Assembly: GCA_965153455.1 (NCBI GenBank)
Contig: OZ234494.1
Location: forward strand, 7,874,001-7,938,000
DNA: 64,000 bases
Direction of reading: 5' to 3'
Source of the DNA: Sphagnum compactum
Taxonomy: Eukaryota
Shown: piece after piece, positions 1 through 13,194 of the stretch
Position numbering within the stretch: the stretch's first letter is position 1
Layout of the letters: each line of letters begins with the position of its first letter
Notes under the pieces: generated by a model
Databases searched by the model: none
What the model was told of the DNA's origin: nothing
Seen by the model: only the letters and a program-made list of their open reading frames with translations
Translations under genes and position numbers: made by a program

Positions 1-21
1 CTGGAAAGCTGCAAATTTTAC

Positions 22-2588
22 CCAATGCGCATGTGTATGGACGGGGCCATGGTAAGCTCGTGAAGCAAACTCTGAGAAATATTGAGGAACTGACAACCCA
101 AGGAATATTGAGATGCCGACCACAAAGAGGTTCCGTGTCATATTTAAGTTGGTAAATTGAAGCACCGAAAGTCCAGTTCCCACTGAATTCAACAAGAAAA
201 TACACAATCCAAATGATGAGATTGAATGCATGGCTGTATGTGAGTATACTTGCAGAGTTCATCAAAAGTCATTTTCCTACAAACTGAAACTGTCATTATT
301 TATCAGGAATTACACTTACCAACCATTCCAAAAGTAATACACAGAATAGCAGCTACAATGGGTTGTGGTATGGCAGCAACGATTCCTCCAAATTTTCCTG
401 CATCCAGAAAATGACCCATTTGGTCAAAACAGTTCAATTCTCTACAGACAACTAAACAAACATATGTATTCACCAACAGCGTTTAGTACTCACCAAAAAT
501 AGAGAAAAAAAGCATGAAAATGGCAGAGATCTGGATTACTCTCCGACTTCCAACACGAGTGAGTCCAACTAGCCCTATATTTTCACTGCAAAAGACAACA
601 ACAAAATGAGACTGAAGGTCGACAACAAACACTTCATTAGTCCTCAGAGATTATCAAATTCAAGTCCTTCATATTCCCCTGTCGTAGTAAGTAATCATGT
701 TTTTACACTTACGGAGCAACAGTTGCACCAGTGAAGGTGCCAAAGAATCCATTCAACAGAAGACCAACTCCCTGCCATCCAATTCCTCGACTGATGACAG
801 AAGGTGGTGGGGGAGTTGCTCCTGCCAATCGAGACAGAGCATAAAAGCCACCAGTTGACTGTAAAAGGGCACCACACCACATACAGATATTCAGAAAAAG
901 AACAGAAATCACAAGATGTATGTCATTGCAAAAAGCACCCATTTGAGGGAAAAATTGATTACCTCGACAAGAGCAGAAAAACCTGCTGACATAACTCCAA
1001 ATGCATTCCCAGCATCAAAAGTTGGAGCACCCCATTGAAGAGGATAGGAAATCCTAACCCTGAGTTCGAATCAAAACACAAAGACTGAAATTCAGATCTG
1101 AGGGTGCTTCAAAAGAAAGACTCTCTTGAAGTCCATCAAGCGAAAGACATATTCATTCAGCACAATTACAATATACACTTCTTTCAAGAGAAAGGTAAAG
1201 AGCTCTTCTTACTTCAAGCAAGGTGTTCAATCAAGTAGATGATAAAATGATGGGAGTGTAAATTACCAGGGAGCATGTGAAACAAGACCACTTCGGTCAG
1301 TGCGGCAATGAAGTTGTCCAAGTGCAGATGCATGGTCGTAAGCTCCAGCTACGGTTAAAATAGTCGCATAGACCCATACAATCACAACTCCAAAGATAAT
1401 AGGGAAGAGCTCAAAGAAGCGAATATGGTGTATGAAGGGTACATGGGGTATTTGGATTTCCTTCAAGTGCTGTGCCCATCATCACAACACAATTAAAAAT
1501 ATCCATCATTGAGCAGGAGGAGAGGATGGAAGAATACCAAAAGATAAAGAGAGCACAAGACAAGCAACCACTACTGTACATAGAGTTATCAAAACTGATA
1601 CTCAAAATACAATTCAACAACAGGCCGTTTGCTTTCTTGCTCAAGATTCTATTACCTGGGAAAAGATCAATATAAATAGAAGAGCTGGAATGCCAATTTC
1701 AACACACTTTCCAACCTGATGGAAACAGGCAAAACAGGGGAAGTTTCTGTTATATATAGTCAGTCATCAGTCAAATCAATCAGGTTGTATGGAGTAGACA
1801 AAAAAAGAATCTGAAGAATGCAAACCAAAGACAGGGTATCAGGAAGATGAAGATTGAAAGGAGGAGAAGAGAAAAAACAGTACCCCAGGAAATCCATATT
1901 CCAAGAGACCCAAGCCCACCATTGCTGTGACAGGAGCTATAACAATGGGGTTGATGAACCTGCAGGTAATTTTCATCAAGAAGAAGCACTGCAACTGTGT
2001 TGAAAATATGTAGTTTATCAATGTCAGGAACTTTGGTGACACATTGCCTTAAAAAAAGAAAAAGAAAAAACAAGATTGTCATTTTTTTGTGAGTAACAGT
2101 TTGCCTCATAAGCTCTCACAGCTCCCACATTTGTTCAATGCTTGATCAGTAGAGCTGTGATGCCATCACTCAAGCAGCCAACAGCAGCAGTTCAATCACA
2201 ACCCATGAAGAAGAAGAAGAAGAGTGGTAATGTATGTTGACATCAGAAACAGCAAAAAAATTAGGTCTGATGGAATCCATGAGTCCTCCCTCAACTACAA
2301 AACTCGGGTTTGGATTTTTACCTTGCAAAAAGGCCCCACAGGCCACTAAATCCTAGTATGATGTTCAGTGCTGAGCCTGCTATGAAGGCTCCTTGTGTCG
2401 CCCTCATCGCATGACGAAATCTCTGCAGCAGCACACAAGGAGAAGGGAGAAATTACTACTTGTTGTGTAGACAGGAATACGATTTGTCTGCATATTTATT
2501 CGACTCTTCTGGGGCTCTGAAAGCTGTGCATTTTTTCTCAGGGTCACAGCAGTCTTGCAGTGGATGGAGATGCTGAGCGTTGATGGAG

Positions 2589-2628
<40 letters not shown>

Positions 2629-2827
2629 GGAGTGGGGTTTGCTTACCTCATGTGAGTCAGGAATGTCGATGATTGAAGGAGCATTGACAATAGAAAGTGT
2701 GATAGACAGAAAATAGAAGGAGTTTCCCATCACTGCCGGCAACCGAGAACCCAGAAAAGTCTGCAACAGAGTATTGATCGCTGAAACAAAAAGCGCACTC
2801 TGCACCACTCGCGATAAATCACTCTGC

Positions 2828-2866
<39 letters not shown>

Positions 2867-3625
2867 AACGATGATGCAAAGCTTGAAGAATTTTTTTGAA
2901 ACCAACAACATATACCCACTTCCTCTGCAAATTATTACTAATCCGAAAAGCAGCAACACCATTGCCAACCCAAAAAGAAATGGAAAACAAGACAAAAGAG
3001 CTCATGCTCAAGCTCAGGAAGAACCATCCTACCGACTCTCCGAGAATGCTGCGGAAAACAAGAGTTGGGATTAGCACCGTCGTCCCAAGCATGGTAAGGT
3101 AGTGCTGGAATCCTAAGATGATTGATTCAGCTGCACAAACAAACAAAAAAAACAAACAACAAAACACCCGCAAAAAGCTTCTTCCGAATTAGTCTCAAAT
3201 CTGCAAAACAAATACTTCTTCCTCTTCTTCTTCTTCTCCCCCATCACCATCACCAACTCAAACCCAAGTAACCAAACCAACAAAACTAAATGATCAGCCA
3301 TGTCCTGCATTATTATTCAGCTCGTAAACCAAACCCAGAAAACTAAGAAACCCATACAACAGTTCCAGGAAACCAATACACAATCCCCAAAAAAAAAAAA
3401 AAACAAGACAAAAAACAGAAAGAAAGTCCAAAACATACCACTACAAAGCTCAAAAGCTTGCAGCTAGCTAGCTAGCTAAATTTATTTTTCTGTTTCATGT
3501 GTTTTTTTTTTTCTTTGCTTTCTTTTTGTTTACTTACCCCATCGAGGGTTGTCATTGATACAGTAAGCCAGGTGAGGAAGCTGCTCCAAAGCAGGATGAT
3601 GCAATTCCTCTTGCTTGGTGGCCAT
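22..3625 (-). CDS. NAT: Nucleobase-ascorbate transporter (NAT / NCS2, xanthine-uracil permease family); 12 exons in window, 3' end lies beyond the left edge
   Basis: Hand-spliced with GT..AG at every intron and the frame preserved. Exons (minus): 3625-3538, 3130-3033, 2823-2647, 2422-2322, 1959-1884, 1715-1656, 1469-1267, 1059-963, 858-713, 585-494, 397-320, 182-22. Translation: MATKQEELHHPALEQLPHLAYCINDNPRWAESIILGFQHYLTMLGTTVLIP...TLLQTFLGSRLPAVMG...VGKCVEIGIP...CRTDRSGLVSHAPWVRISYPLQWGAPTF...STGGFYALSRLAGATPPPPSVISRGIGWQG...TVAPENIGLVGLTRVGSRRVIQISA...GKFGG...NMTRNLFVVG. Contains the TM1 QH motif and the NAT signature E-N-x-G-x4-T-R. Confidence 0.97.
2594..2624. repeat. (GA)n microsatellite in NAT intron 3
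   Basis: Visible run of ~15 GA units. Confidence 0.9.
2832..2858. repeat. (CA)n microsatellite just upstream of the NAT intron 2 acceptor
   Basis: Visible run of ~13 CA units. Confidence 0.9.
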
Positions 3626-3798
3626 TTAGACAAAAGGAGTCTCTTCTAGCAGCTACTACTTCTACTACTCAAAACCTCCACTCCAACTCCAACTCCAGCA
3701 ACAACAACAACAACGGCACAGTCCCTCTTCCTTTCTCTTTCTCCAACAAAATTGATACAAAGAAATTGGAATCAGCTGGAGAAGCTCCTCACAAAAGC

Positions 3799-3869
3799 CA
3801 ACAACAACAACAACAACAACAACAAAATCACCACACTCCCGTTGCGCATCCAAAGAGAGAGAAACAAAT

Positions 3870-3906
<37 letters not shown>
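3799..3906. repeat. (CAA)n and (GA)n microsatellites in the NAT 5' UTR/proximal promoter (CT-rich on the sense strand)
   Basis: (CAA)~8 at 3799-3824 and (GA)~17 at 3872-3906, 170-280 bp upstream of the ATG. Confidence 0.85.
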
Positions 3907-3909
<3 letters not shown>

Positions 3910-3934
3910 GGTTGTGGGTGGGACCAGAGAGAAC

Positions 3935-4110
3935 TAACTGCGGTAATAATAATGACCGGGAGACTTAACTAGTCAGTTACCAGTACACACTAACGGACAG
4001 GCGGCAGTTAACTTATTACTCCTGACCAGAGTCCCAGTCCAGTTACCACACCAGTAACCAGTTACCTGACCAGAGTCCAGAGTGACCTGACCAGTCAAAT
4101 CCTTTGACCC
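3935..4110. promoter_or_regulatory. Putative NAT proximal promoter with a cluster of MYB-core (CNGTTA) and TGACC motifs
   Basis: TAACTG 3935, CAGTTA 3974, TAACGG 3991, CAGTTA 4005, 4040, 4059; several TGACC including a W-box-type TTGACC at ~4104. Function is inferred only. Confidence 0.45.
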
Positions 4111-4119
4111 CTCAAATCC

Positions 4120-4610
4120 CAGTGTTTTTTTTGTTTTGTCTTTTTTTCGAATTATGGCTATTGAAAATCTCTAAAAGGCACTAATGATTTTAGTACTTTT
4201 TAATTTTAGTATATAGCATTTTGGAAAAGTAAATTTCTCTTAAACATAGATACTTCTATGTTTTTGGCGAGTCTACTTGAACCATTTATAGAAAGAAATC
4301 TGGCGATTTTACTTAATTATTTTTTCGAATTATGGCTATTGAGAATCTCTAAAAAAGCACATGATTTTAGTACTTTTTCATTTTAATATAGCACATTTTG
4401 GTAGAGTCAATTTCTTTAGACAAAAAAAATACTTCTATATTTTGGGGAGTCTACTTGAACCATGTATAGAAAGAAATCCGGCGAATTCCCTTAAATTTTT
4501 TTCCAATTATGGCTATTGAAAATCTCTAAAAGCCCTAGTAATGATTTTAGTACTGTTTTAGTTTTAATATAGCATTTTTTTGGCTATAAAGAGCCCCCAG
4601 CAGAAAAAAG
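4120..4610 (+). repeat. Short dispersed repeat element containing ~2.5-3 tandem copies of a ~180-bp unit
   Basis: AATTATGGCTATTGA(A/G)AATCTCTAAAA recurs at ~4150, ~4328 and ~4505. The same segment occurs singly at ~41015 and ~63378. Confidence 0.8.
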
Positions 4611-5021
4611 TCTACCCAAGATACACACTAACTTAACCCTGGTACTACTAAAAATGCATTCTAGTTAACAATCCAGTTAAACGTAACTGGCGGTGTGTGG
4701 AAATTTGAACCCGAACGGTCTTCTGCCGCCTTCAATGGGACAATCAGTCAGGCAGGGCAGGGTAGGGTTTCTAGCTAGCTAGCTAGCTAACTAGAGTTAG
4801 GTTTTCAGCAACCTGGGGTTTGGTACCAAAAAAACTTACTAGAGTTTTTATAGCTTTTTTTATCTATGGAAAGGCAGAAAAAAGAATTTACCGAGGGTCA
4901 GGCACCTCCTCCTTTACCTCTAGAGGTGCCTTTACCCTCGGTAAAAAAGTATCATATTTGAGGGCATTACCCTTAGTAAAATTTCTGCCTCAACCGAGGG
5001 TGGATGGATGGATGATGGATG

Positions 5022-5610
5022 GCACCTTACCGCACACGGCCGGTAGGGTTTAGGGTTAGGGTTAAAGGTTCCTCCCAACAAATTCTTTCTTTGGGTATAA
5101 TAACTAAGGGGCTTTTTTAGGGTTTAGGGTTTTTCACTCGATGCATCTTACCGCATATGGCCCGTGGGGTTTAGGGTTAATGGTTCCTCCCAACAAATTC
5201 TTTCTTTGGGTAAATATATAGCTAAGGGGCTTTTTAGGGTTTAGGGTCTTTCACTCGATGCATCTTACCGCATACGGCCCATAGGGTTTAGGGTTAATGG
5301 TTCCTCACAACAAATTCTTTCTTTGGGTATAATATATAGCCAAGGGGCTTTTTAGGGTTTAGGGTCTTTCACTCGATGCATCTTATCGCATACGGCCCAT
5401 AGGGTTTAGGGTTAAAGGTTCCTCCCAACAAATTCTTTCTTTAGGTATATTAACCAAGGGGCTTTTTAGGGTTTAGGGTTTTTCACTCGATGCATCTTCC
5501 CGCATATGGCCTGTAGGGTTTAGGGTTGAAGGTTCCTCCCAACAAATTCTTTCTTTGGGTATATTAAAATTTAAGGGGGGCTTTTCAGGGTTTAGGGTTT
5601 TTCACTCTAT
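5022..5610. repeat. Minisatellite, 5 x 114-121 bp, each unit containing plant telomere-like TTTAGGG motifs
   Basis: Unit anchor CTTACCGCA or a variant at 5026, 5147, 5264, 5382, 5496; each unit has GGGTTTAGGGTT twice and GGTTCCTCCCAACAAATTCTTTCTT. Confidence 0.92.
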
Positions 5611-8600
5611 CCATGTTTGTGAGGTTTTTTATCATGTTCCTAGTTAACCTATTTTGCCCAAGCTTAGCCTATTCTAAGCTTATTGTAAACAATGTAGGGC
5701 CCAAGGGTGTTCAGCTTTATAGTGTTCTTTTTGGTGTGCTTTTTCCACTACCCAGGCCCACTTAGCTCAAGAAGAATTATTATTATTATTATTTATTATT
5801 ATTATTAGAAGTAGTTTACCTCATTATCAAATAAAGCATATGGTTGGCTAGTTTTGGGTGAAATTTTTTTTTTTTTCTCAATTGGGTGGGGTCCCGTAAA
5901 GCTCTACCATGGTGGCCTTTTGATGCAACAACATAAGCCAAGAAGAAGAAGAAGAATGTAAGGAAGGAAACTCTATTGGGAAATGAGAGTGTGAAGTTAA
6001 CACCTAACAAAGCAAATGTTGGGTGACCTAAGTTGTTGGGTGAGCTAACCATGACACAAGAACTACTACCTTAGCTCGCTCACCTACAATGAATCATCCG
6101 ACCCCCTTACTTCTCTCCCATAGTTGTTGTTGTTTGTTGTTTGGAGATGTAAAAAAAGCTCAAAGAAAATTTTCTAGTGATCCCTAGATGCCATGTTACC
6201 CTAAACCCTAAACCCTACTTGTGAAGACCTATCGAATAAATTATTGTGTAATTTGGTGGCACGATTTAAAGTGATATTTGACCTTTGAGAATCGCTAGGT
6301 CTTTCTTTTCCTTTTTTTTTTTAGAAGGGCTCATTTTGTCCCATGGAAGTATCTTCTAGGTTTTGGGAGGTATCTCCCATTTTTCCATAGAGATCTTCTT
6401 CTTCTTTGTGTGTGTGTGTTTGTCCATTCAAAGCAAAAGCTTGTCTTTCAAACTCAAAGAAATCTTTGAGATTCAATATTAAAAAATTTAATCAGTTCAA
6501 ATCTTTATAGGAAGAATTTTATTTAGTTATGGAAATTATTTTAAGAACCAAACAAAAAATGGAATTCATTCAAAAAATTTGGATCAAGATGATGAAATGT
6601 AGAAAAATAAATAAAATACATCCCAACAAAATTCAAGTTTGAATATCCCTTTGGTTGAAATGAAACAATTTGTTTTCAAACTCCAACAATTACATGTACA
6701 ATTGCATTGAAATTTGTTTTTAAATTGCATTAAAAGCTTAAAACAATCCTTATTTATTAGAATGTTGCATATTACACAAAGTAATAGCAACATCATTTTG
6801 ATCAATTATAAACAATGTGATTTTACAATTAGTTAGGTTGGAGAATTGATGGCCACTAAACATTGGTTACAATAATTTCTCATTTGTCATTTTGATCCTT
6901 CTTAACACATTAAAACCCTCAACCAAATCTCAAAACTGTAGATCATGATCCTCATGCAATATTAGTTGAAACTTAATTCTATTCAACAAACTTTGATTGC
7001 ATGTAACAAACAACCTTCAATTGATCACCATGATTATTCACCTTCTTCAAGCTAGATATCTATTTTATTTCTTGACATGATTTTCCATCGCCCATTGTCA
7101 CAAAACACAATGCCTCCAAGTTTTATTGAAAAATACATTATCAAAATCATTGCACATATATTGAAAATGGACACAATACAAAAAGCAAAATTCAAACTCA
7201 ACAATTCAAAATTTCAACAATCATAAATTTATTCAACTTTTTGAACATGTGCAATTCTTCATTGAAGGCTTATTTAAAAATAAGATGGTGGTCACCACTA
7301 ACCTCAATTGATACCATTACATAGTTCAATTTTTCATATCGTTGTTTGTTTGGTTATACCTATGATTAATAAAAACACAATGAAATTTACAAAATTTGCA
7401 AAACACAATCAATTTGTAGCCCTTGGTCTACAAAGATATTATTGCAAATAACCAAAAAACTCAAAGTTTGAATAGTTTTTCAGATTGCTATATCCCTTGA
7501 CACCATTCTAAATTCAACATGAATGAAGGCATTTAACATCCTTGTTATCACCATGCTTCAACTAGTTTTGTAGGTGACATACTTTCATTTGAATTCCATG
7601 GATCTTTTATGAATCGCATGTTCAACAATCTCAATGTATATTTCCCTCACAAAATGTATTTTTTGAAATGCAATGTCAGAGCCAACATGACAAGCAATTG
7701 GCACCCCCAAGTCAAGCTCATTGGCAAAGGGCCAAATGAACTTCATTTGCATGCCACTAGATTTGAACCCATGTCTTTTTAAGTCCCAAGGTTCTATAAT
7801 GAATTATACCATTGAGCCCCCACAAGAGTTTTATTAAACCAAACATGTTATTCCAATCGCAATGACTTAATGTTGAAAACAAGGGATGCATCCCAATTTT
7901 TGAAACAATGATCACTATTGCCTCATCAAAGCCTTGTATGTCTTTACAACATCCAACATGTAACAATTGACAAAAGGATGATGATCCTCCATTCATGTAA
8001 AACTTCCAATTCTTGAAAAATCCTTATTGATAATTACAATGAAAAACCTTCAACAAAATTAAATAACAACAACAACAAATGATCACCAAAAAAATCTTTA
8101 AAAGAAAAAAGCAAGGTTCAACAAAAGAACCCAAAAAACTCAACAATAGTAAAGGATTTAGAATATAAAATACTAACTTCAAGACACATCAAATTCATCT
8201 TTATGGATTGTAAAGCCACATGCATTTAATGTCAAAAATTCTTTAAAACCACATACAACAAAATTACATGTATTAAAATAACAAAAATAAAAAACAACAC
8301 CAAAATTTTGGAAAGGTGGTTTGGCATTTTTCCCAACTCAACATTACACAATGTTAATATGTTTGATTTCTTTATATGTACTATATAGATTATCCTCCCC
8401 GAAGCTTTGAAGGACATAAGAATAACTTACATATAACAAAACATATTTAACATTGAATATATTTTTCAAATTTAACGATCCATAAATGAAAAAAAAAAAA
8501 GCAAATGTGTGAAAGCAATATATAATAGACATCAAAGCCTTAATATGTAACAAAATTCATTTTGTTAAAGAAAAACAATTCACACATTCACTATCAACTC

Positions 8601-11600
8601 CCAAGGGGGACACTTAGTGTAAAGTTTGAGATTTATGTGCATCAAACGACCATTTTTAAAGGGGTATTAAATAATTGCTCAACCTATTTTTTATAACCTC
8701 ATTATTATTTTATTTTTTAATATATACATATGAAATCCACCCTATATTAATTATAATCCATTATTCCACTTATTACTTACCCTATATTATAATTAAATTA
8801 ATAATTCAAAAAAAGTCCCCTATTTCACAAAAAAAAATCTTGTTTTTTTTTCACTACCCAAATTCATTAGGTTTTTACTAAAATAAAACAAAATTGACTA
8901 ATATGCAATTTGTATGGTTTTGGTTTAAAATGACTAGTTGATTAGAACATTTTTAGTGAAATGTTTTTTTAATTATTTTGGATAGTCGCATGTTGCACTA
9001 GATAATTTCTAATTACAAAATTATGACATGGATATACGAGGTTTCAAGTTAATATGATGTGGAATAACACGCCATGTCATCATATAATTTTCTTTTTCCC
9101 CTCGTATCTTGGAATCATAGATGACATTTTCATCATGACATATTATGACAAATTACATGTCATGAAAAAAATTTAGAGTGTTTTTTTCTTCTAATTTTGT
9201 TGACAAAAATGTTTTGACAACATTTAAGCATGACGTACATGTTTATGTATTCACCATGATGTATATGTTTGTAAATTGTATTTGTACAATATACATTAAG
9301 GCATGCATCCATCAAAAATTGAACCCTCTTCCTCATGGAAACACACAAAGGTCTTAACCACCAAATCACTTTAACACTTTATTAATAAATTAGAAAAAAT
9401 TTAAGTTTATCGTGTTTGGCATGAAAGTGTTTAGAAAATTCAAATTTTAACCTACATTCTTTTTTTGCAAAATTTATTTAAATGCTACAAATGAAAATAT
9501 GATCTTGAAGTTTATTCAATTATGTATTCGAACAAATTATTATAATTTACAAAAAATAAATTTACAATGCTAAAAAAACAACTTAGAATAACATTTCATG
9601 GATAAATGAACTAATTTGTTTTTGTGTAAATTGACCTAAAATCTTTGTAAATTTAATGTGAATTCAAAAGTGCATTGATTAAGTCTTTTCTATTTTAATC
9701 ATTATATGAAACATGTCCATTTTTTGAAAAATTACAAGTTCCTATTTTCCCCGATATCATTAGTAATATATTTATTTATTTATTTTTAAAAGGTTGTTAA
9801 AATGGTAGTCATCCATAAAAAGATTGCCACATTCAGTTATAAAAGAAATTTGTAATTAGAAATTATTTAAAATCTTTCAATATTATGGTTTTTTATGATT
9901 TATACTATAAAAATATAACATTATATATTTTCATTTGGCCTAAAACAATTTCAAAAAATATTTTTTTGATGTTCTTGCCCCCTTAAATTGACAAAAATTG
10001 GTCATAAGAAAAAATCATTAATTAAGTAATAAATATAGTTATTTAATTATCAAAACCATATTTATTTAAAAATATTATTCATACATTAATAACAATGATT
10101 AATTATACACTTTGAAAAAAAATCACAACAGTTTTTTTTAACGATGTAAGAATATATTTTACATTTTTTTCCATAATTTAATTTGATGAAATTTTGGGTT
10201 TAAATAGTTGGATTAAACCCCCCACCCCGCTCCCCAACCAAAATGTTTTTGGTTATGAATTTTTTTAATTTGGCAATTCTAGTTAAAAACAAAATGGAAA
10301 AAAATGCAAATTCAAGGAAAAATGTAAACAACAAAAGCCTTGCAAAAATATTGGGATAAAACATTTGAAAAAACAATGTTACTCCTAATGAGTAAACAAA
10401 ATTTAATAATTTTAATAATTTCAACCATAAACACATAAACAATTCCAACATCAAATTTATTTGAAAACTTTAAGTTGAATATTTGAGATCATTATAAACC
10501 TTGTCTAATTTTTTGAAATTTTAAAATAAATATTAATGACGTAACGGAGTTTGTTTTTTGTGTGCTGAATTCCACCATTTTGCAAACATAGAAAAGACCA
10601 TCAACATCAACAAAAGATTTTTTAATATATTTTATATTTTTAAAATGATATAATTTTACAATGGGTTTTAGGATTTATAATCAAAATATAAAAATATGTT
10701 AACAAATTTGTACGTCCATATATGGCTTATAACCAAAACATGGCTAATTTTTTTTATGGATGATCTTGAACAAGATTGCAAAATTGAAAAAATAAAAAGA
10801 TTTAAAAATTCATTGATGTCATTATTATTATCACCATTTATAATCCATTCATTCATTTATTTTTAAATGGAAATTTTTATTTCATATTTAAATTATTTAA
10901 ACATAAACTTGTAACAAAAATAGCTTTAAAAATTTGATAAAGTTTGTTCAAATATAAATAATAAATATAAATTATCGATAATTTTTCATATTATAAATTT
11001 TGATCCATTTTTTTAACTAATTTTTTTTTCATACTCCCAAAAAGAAATGGGGAAAAAATTAGGTATTATTATTGGGTTTTTTTCTATGTGGTGGCATGAA
11101 CATTCATAATAACAAACTTGTCCATGATGCTTAAAACAAACTAATGGAAAAACATACATTCTAATTTACATAAATGTGCAATAATTTAATATATGAAATA
11201 TTATAATTTAAAGGCTTACATGCATCTTAAACTTTATATGCATGAACATTTTGACCTAATCGTTAACCCATTCAAATATAAATGTGAGACTTCCCAAATT
11301 TTTATACATCCATTTCAAAAAATTGCAGTGAGTGCAAAATGCAACTCATGAGTGGTGGTTGCAATAAGATCAAAATGGATGATTCAATTCATGTAAAATT
11401 GTTGATAATTTAAAAAATGTGAAAAGATTCATTGAACCATTCAAGTATAATTGGCAAAATATTAAATTGCATGTGTTTTAATATATTATAACAAATGCAA
11501 AATTTGTGAATAATGGTTTTAATATATTAAAAGTGAATGGTTCAACTTTGATAATTGAAAAACTGTGAGAAAAATAAATTAATTATAATATAAATGTGAG

Positions 11601-13194
11601 GTTTGAGATTGTTGCATGCGTTTTAATAAATTATGGTAAGTGTAAAATGCAACTTTTAGGTAATGGTTTCAATAGGTTAAAAGTTGATAGTTTGAAAAAT
11701 GTTCAAAAAAATCACTAACCCATTTAATGCATTGTATAAATAAAGTTAAAGGATATTTCAATTTCCACGTCATCAATTTGAAATTATTAAATAATTAAAT
11801 AAACTTCAGAATACTCATAAGTGAATAACATAATGAATATAACAATTATGAATAATATTGACCATTAATTAGTGCAACAAGCCACTTGCAAACTTAAGAT
11901 GGTCAAATATAGTTGGAATGTAATCAAATCGAACAATAGCTGCAACGTGTGGGGTTGGAAAAGGACAAGATTTTTTTCTTGTGTTTTTTAATTAATTAAT
12001 TTATAATTTTAGCCAACAACCAATATATTGCATCCTATATTTTTATTCACATATTTTCTTTTTCTTTTTATTAATGTCCCCCTTAGGTATCAACTATTAT
12101 TGTTAATAATTTTTAAAGTTGAATGGATAGAATTATGGTTTGATAAGGTACTTTTGCATGTTGTCGCATTTAAAAAACATCACAAGTCTAATGTCTTGTT
12201 TTTCATGTTTCAATGTCCAAAATTATATTAATGTTGTTAATATTTAATGTGTTTAGATGATAAGATTTTAAAAATATTGTGGGAACATGTGGAACAATTT
12301 AGAATGAATATTATGAAAATCAAACATTCAAAAACAATTATTTGGACAAAATTGGAGTTTTGTCCAATTTATTTTAGTCTTAGCCATATTCAAGAAAACA
12401 TTAAAAAATAGAAAAAACACATTTTTTTTAAATGAGAAAAAAAAAGTAAATCAAATTTCACTTCATTAATGAATATAATTTATTAATTTTTGAACGGCTT
12501 GTAATAAAAACTTAGAAAGAGAATTGACAAAAGGCTTCCTATTTGATTTTTCAAGGTCCTCAATAATTTTGGAAATGTCCATCTTCTTATACTTTCACTA
12601 AACATGAAATACATTTTGAACCCAATTTTAGAATCAAGTTGTTTCTTAAATGACTACTAGGCTTCATGTTATTCAATTCTCTTGTATTGGGACGTCTAAA
12701 CCTTATAAATAAAGTGCCATCATCAACTTTTTAAAAGATGGTTGTTCAACATGGCTTAGTAAGGTCCTTGTCATAAATACAAAGATTGATAAAGTCATTT
12801 TCAACTAAATAAACATTAAAACATGGAAGGACATCAAACACATTTACATCATAGATCTTCATTCACAAAACTCTCATACTTGTCATTGTTAACAAATACA
12901 AGAATACAAATAATTTCTAATTTCATCTTTACGTTATAACCAAATTGCACTAAACATGATCATAACAGTACATGATGAATGAACTATAACATCAAATGAG
13001 AGAAAAATAATTAACAACAAAAGGACGTGAATGTAAATAAGCCAAATTGTTGAAGTCACAAAAACCAATGACACTTGTTAAAAAAATTTGCCATGAAAAC
13101 ATAAAAAATGAATGATGATTGAAATAAAACAAGTAAATATCGCAGAAAAAAATGTAATAAAAGAAAATACATTCATGCTAAAGGCAATAGGTGC

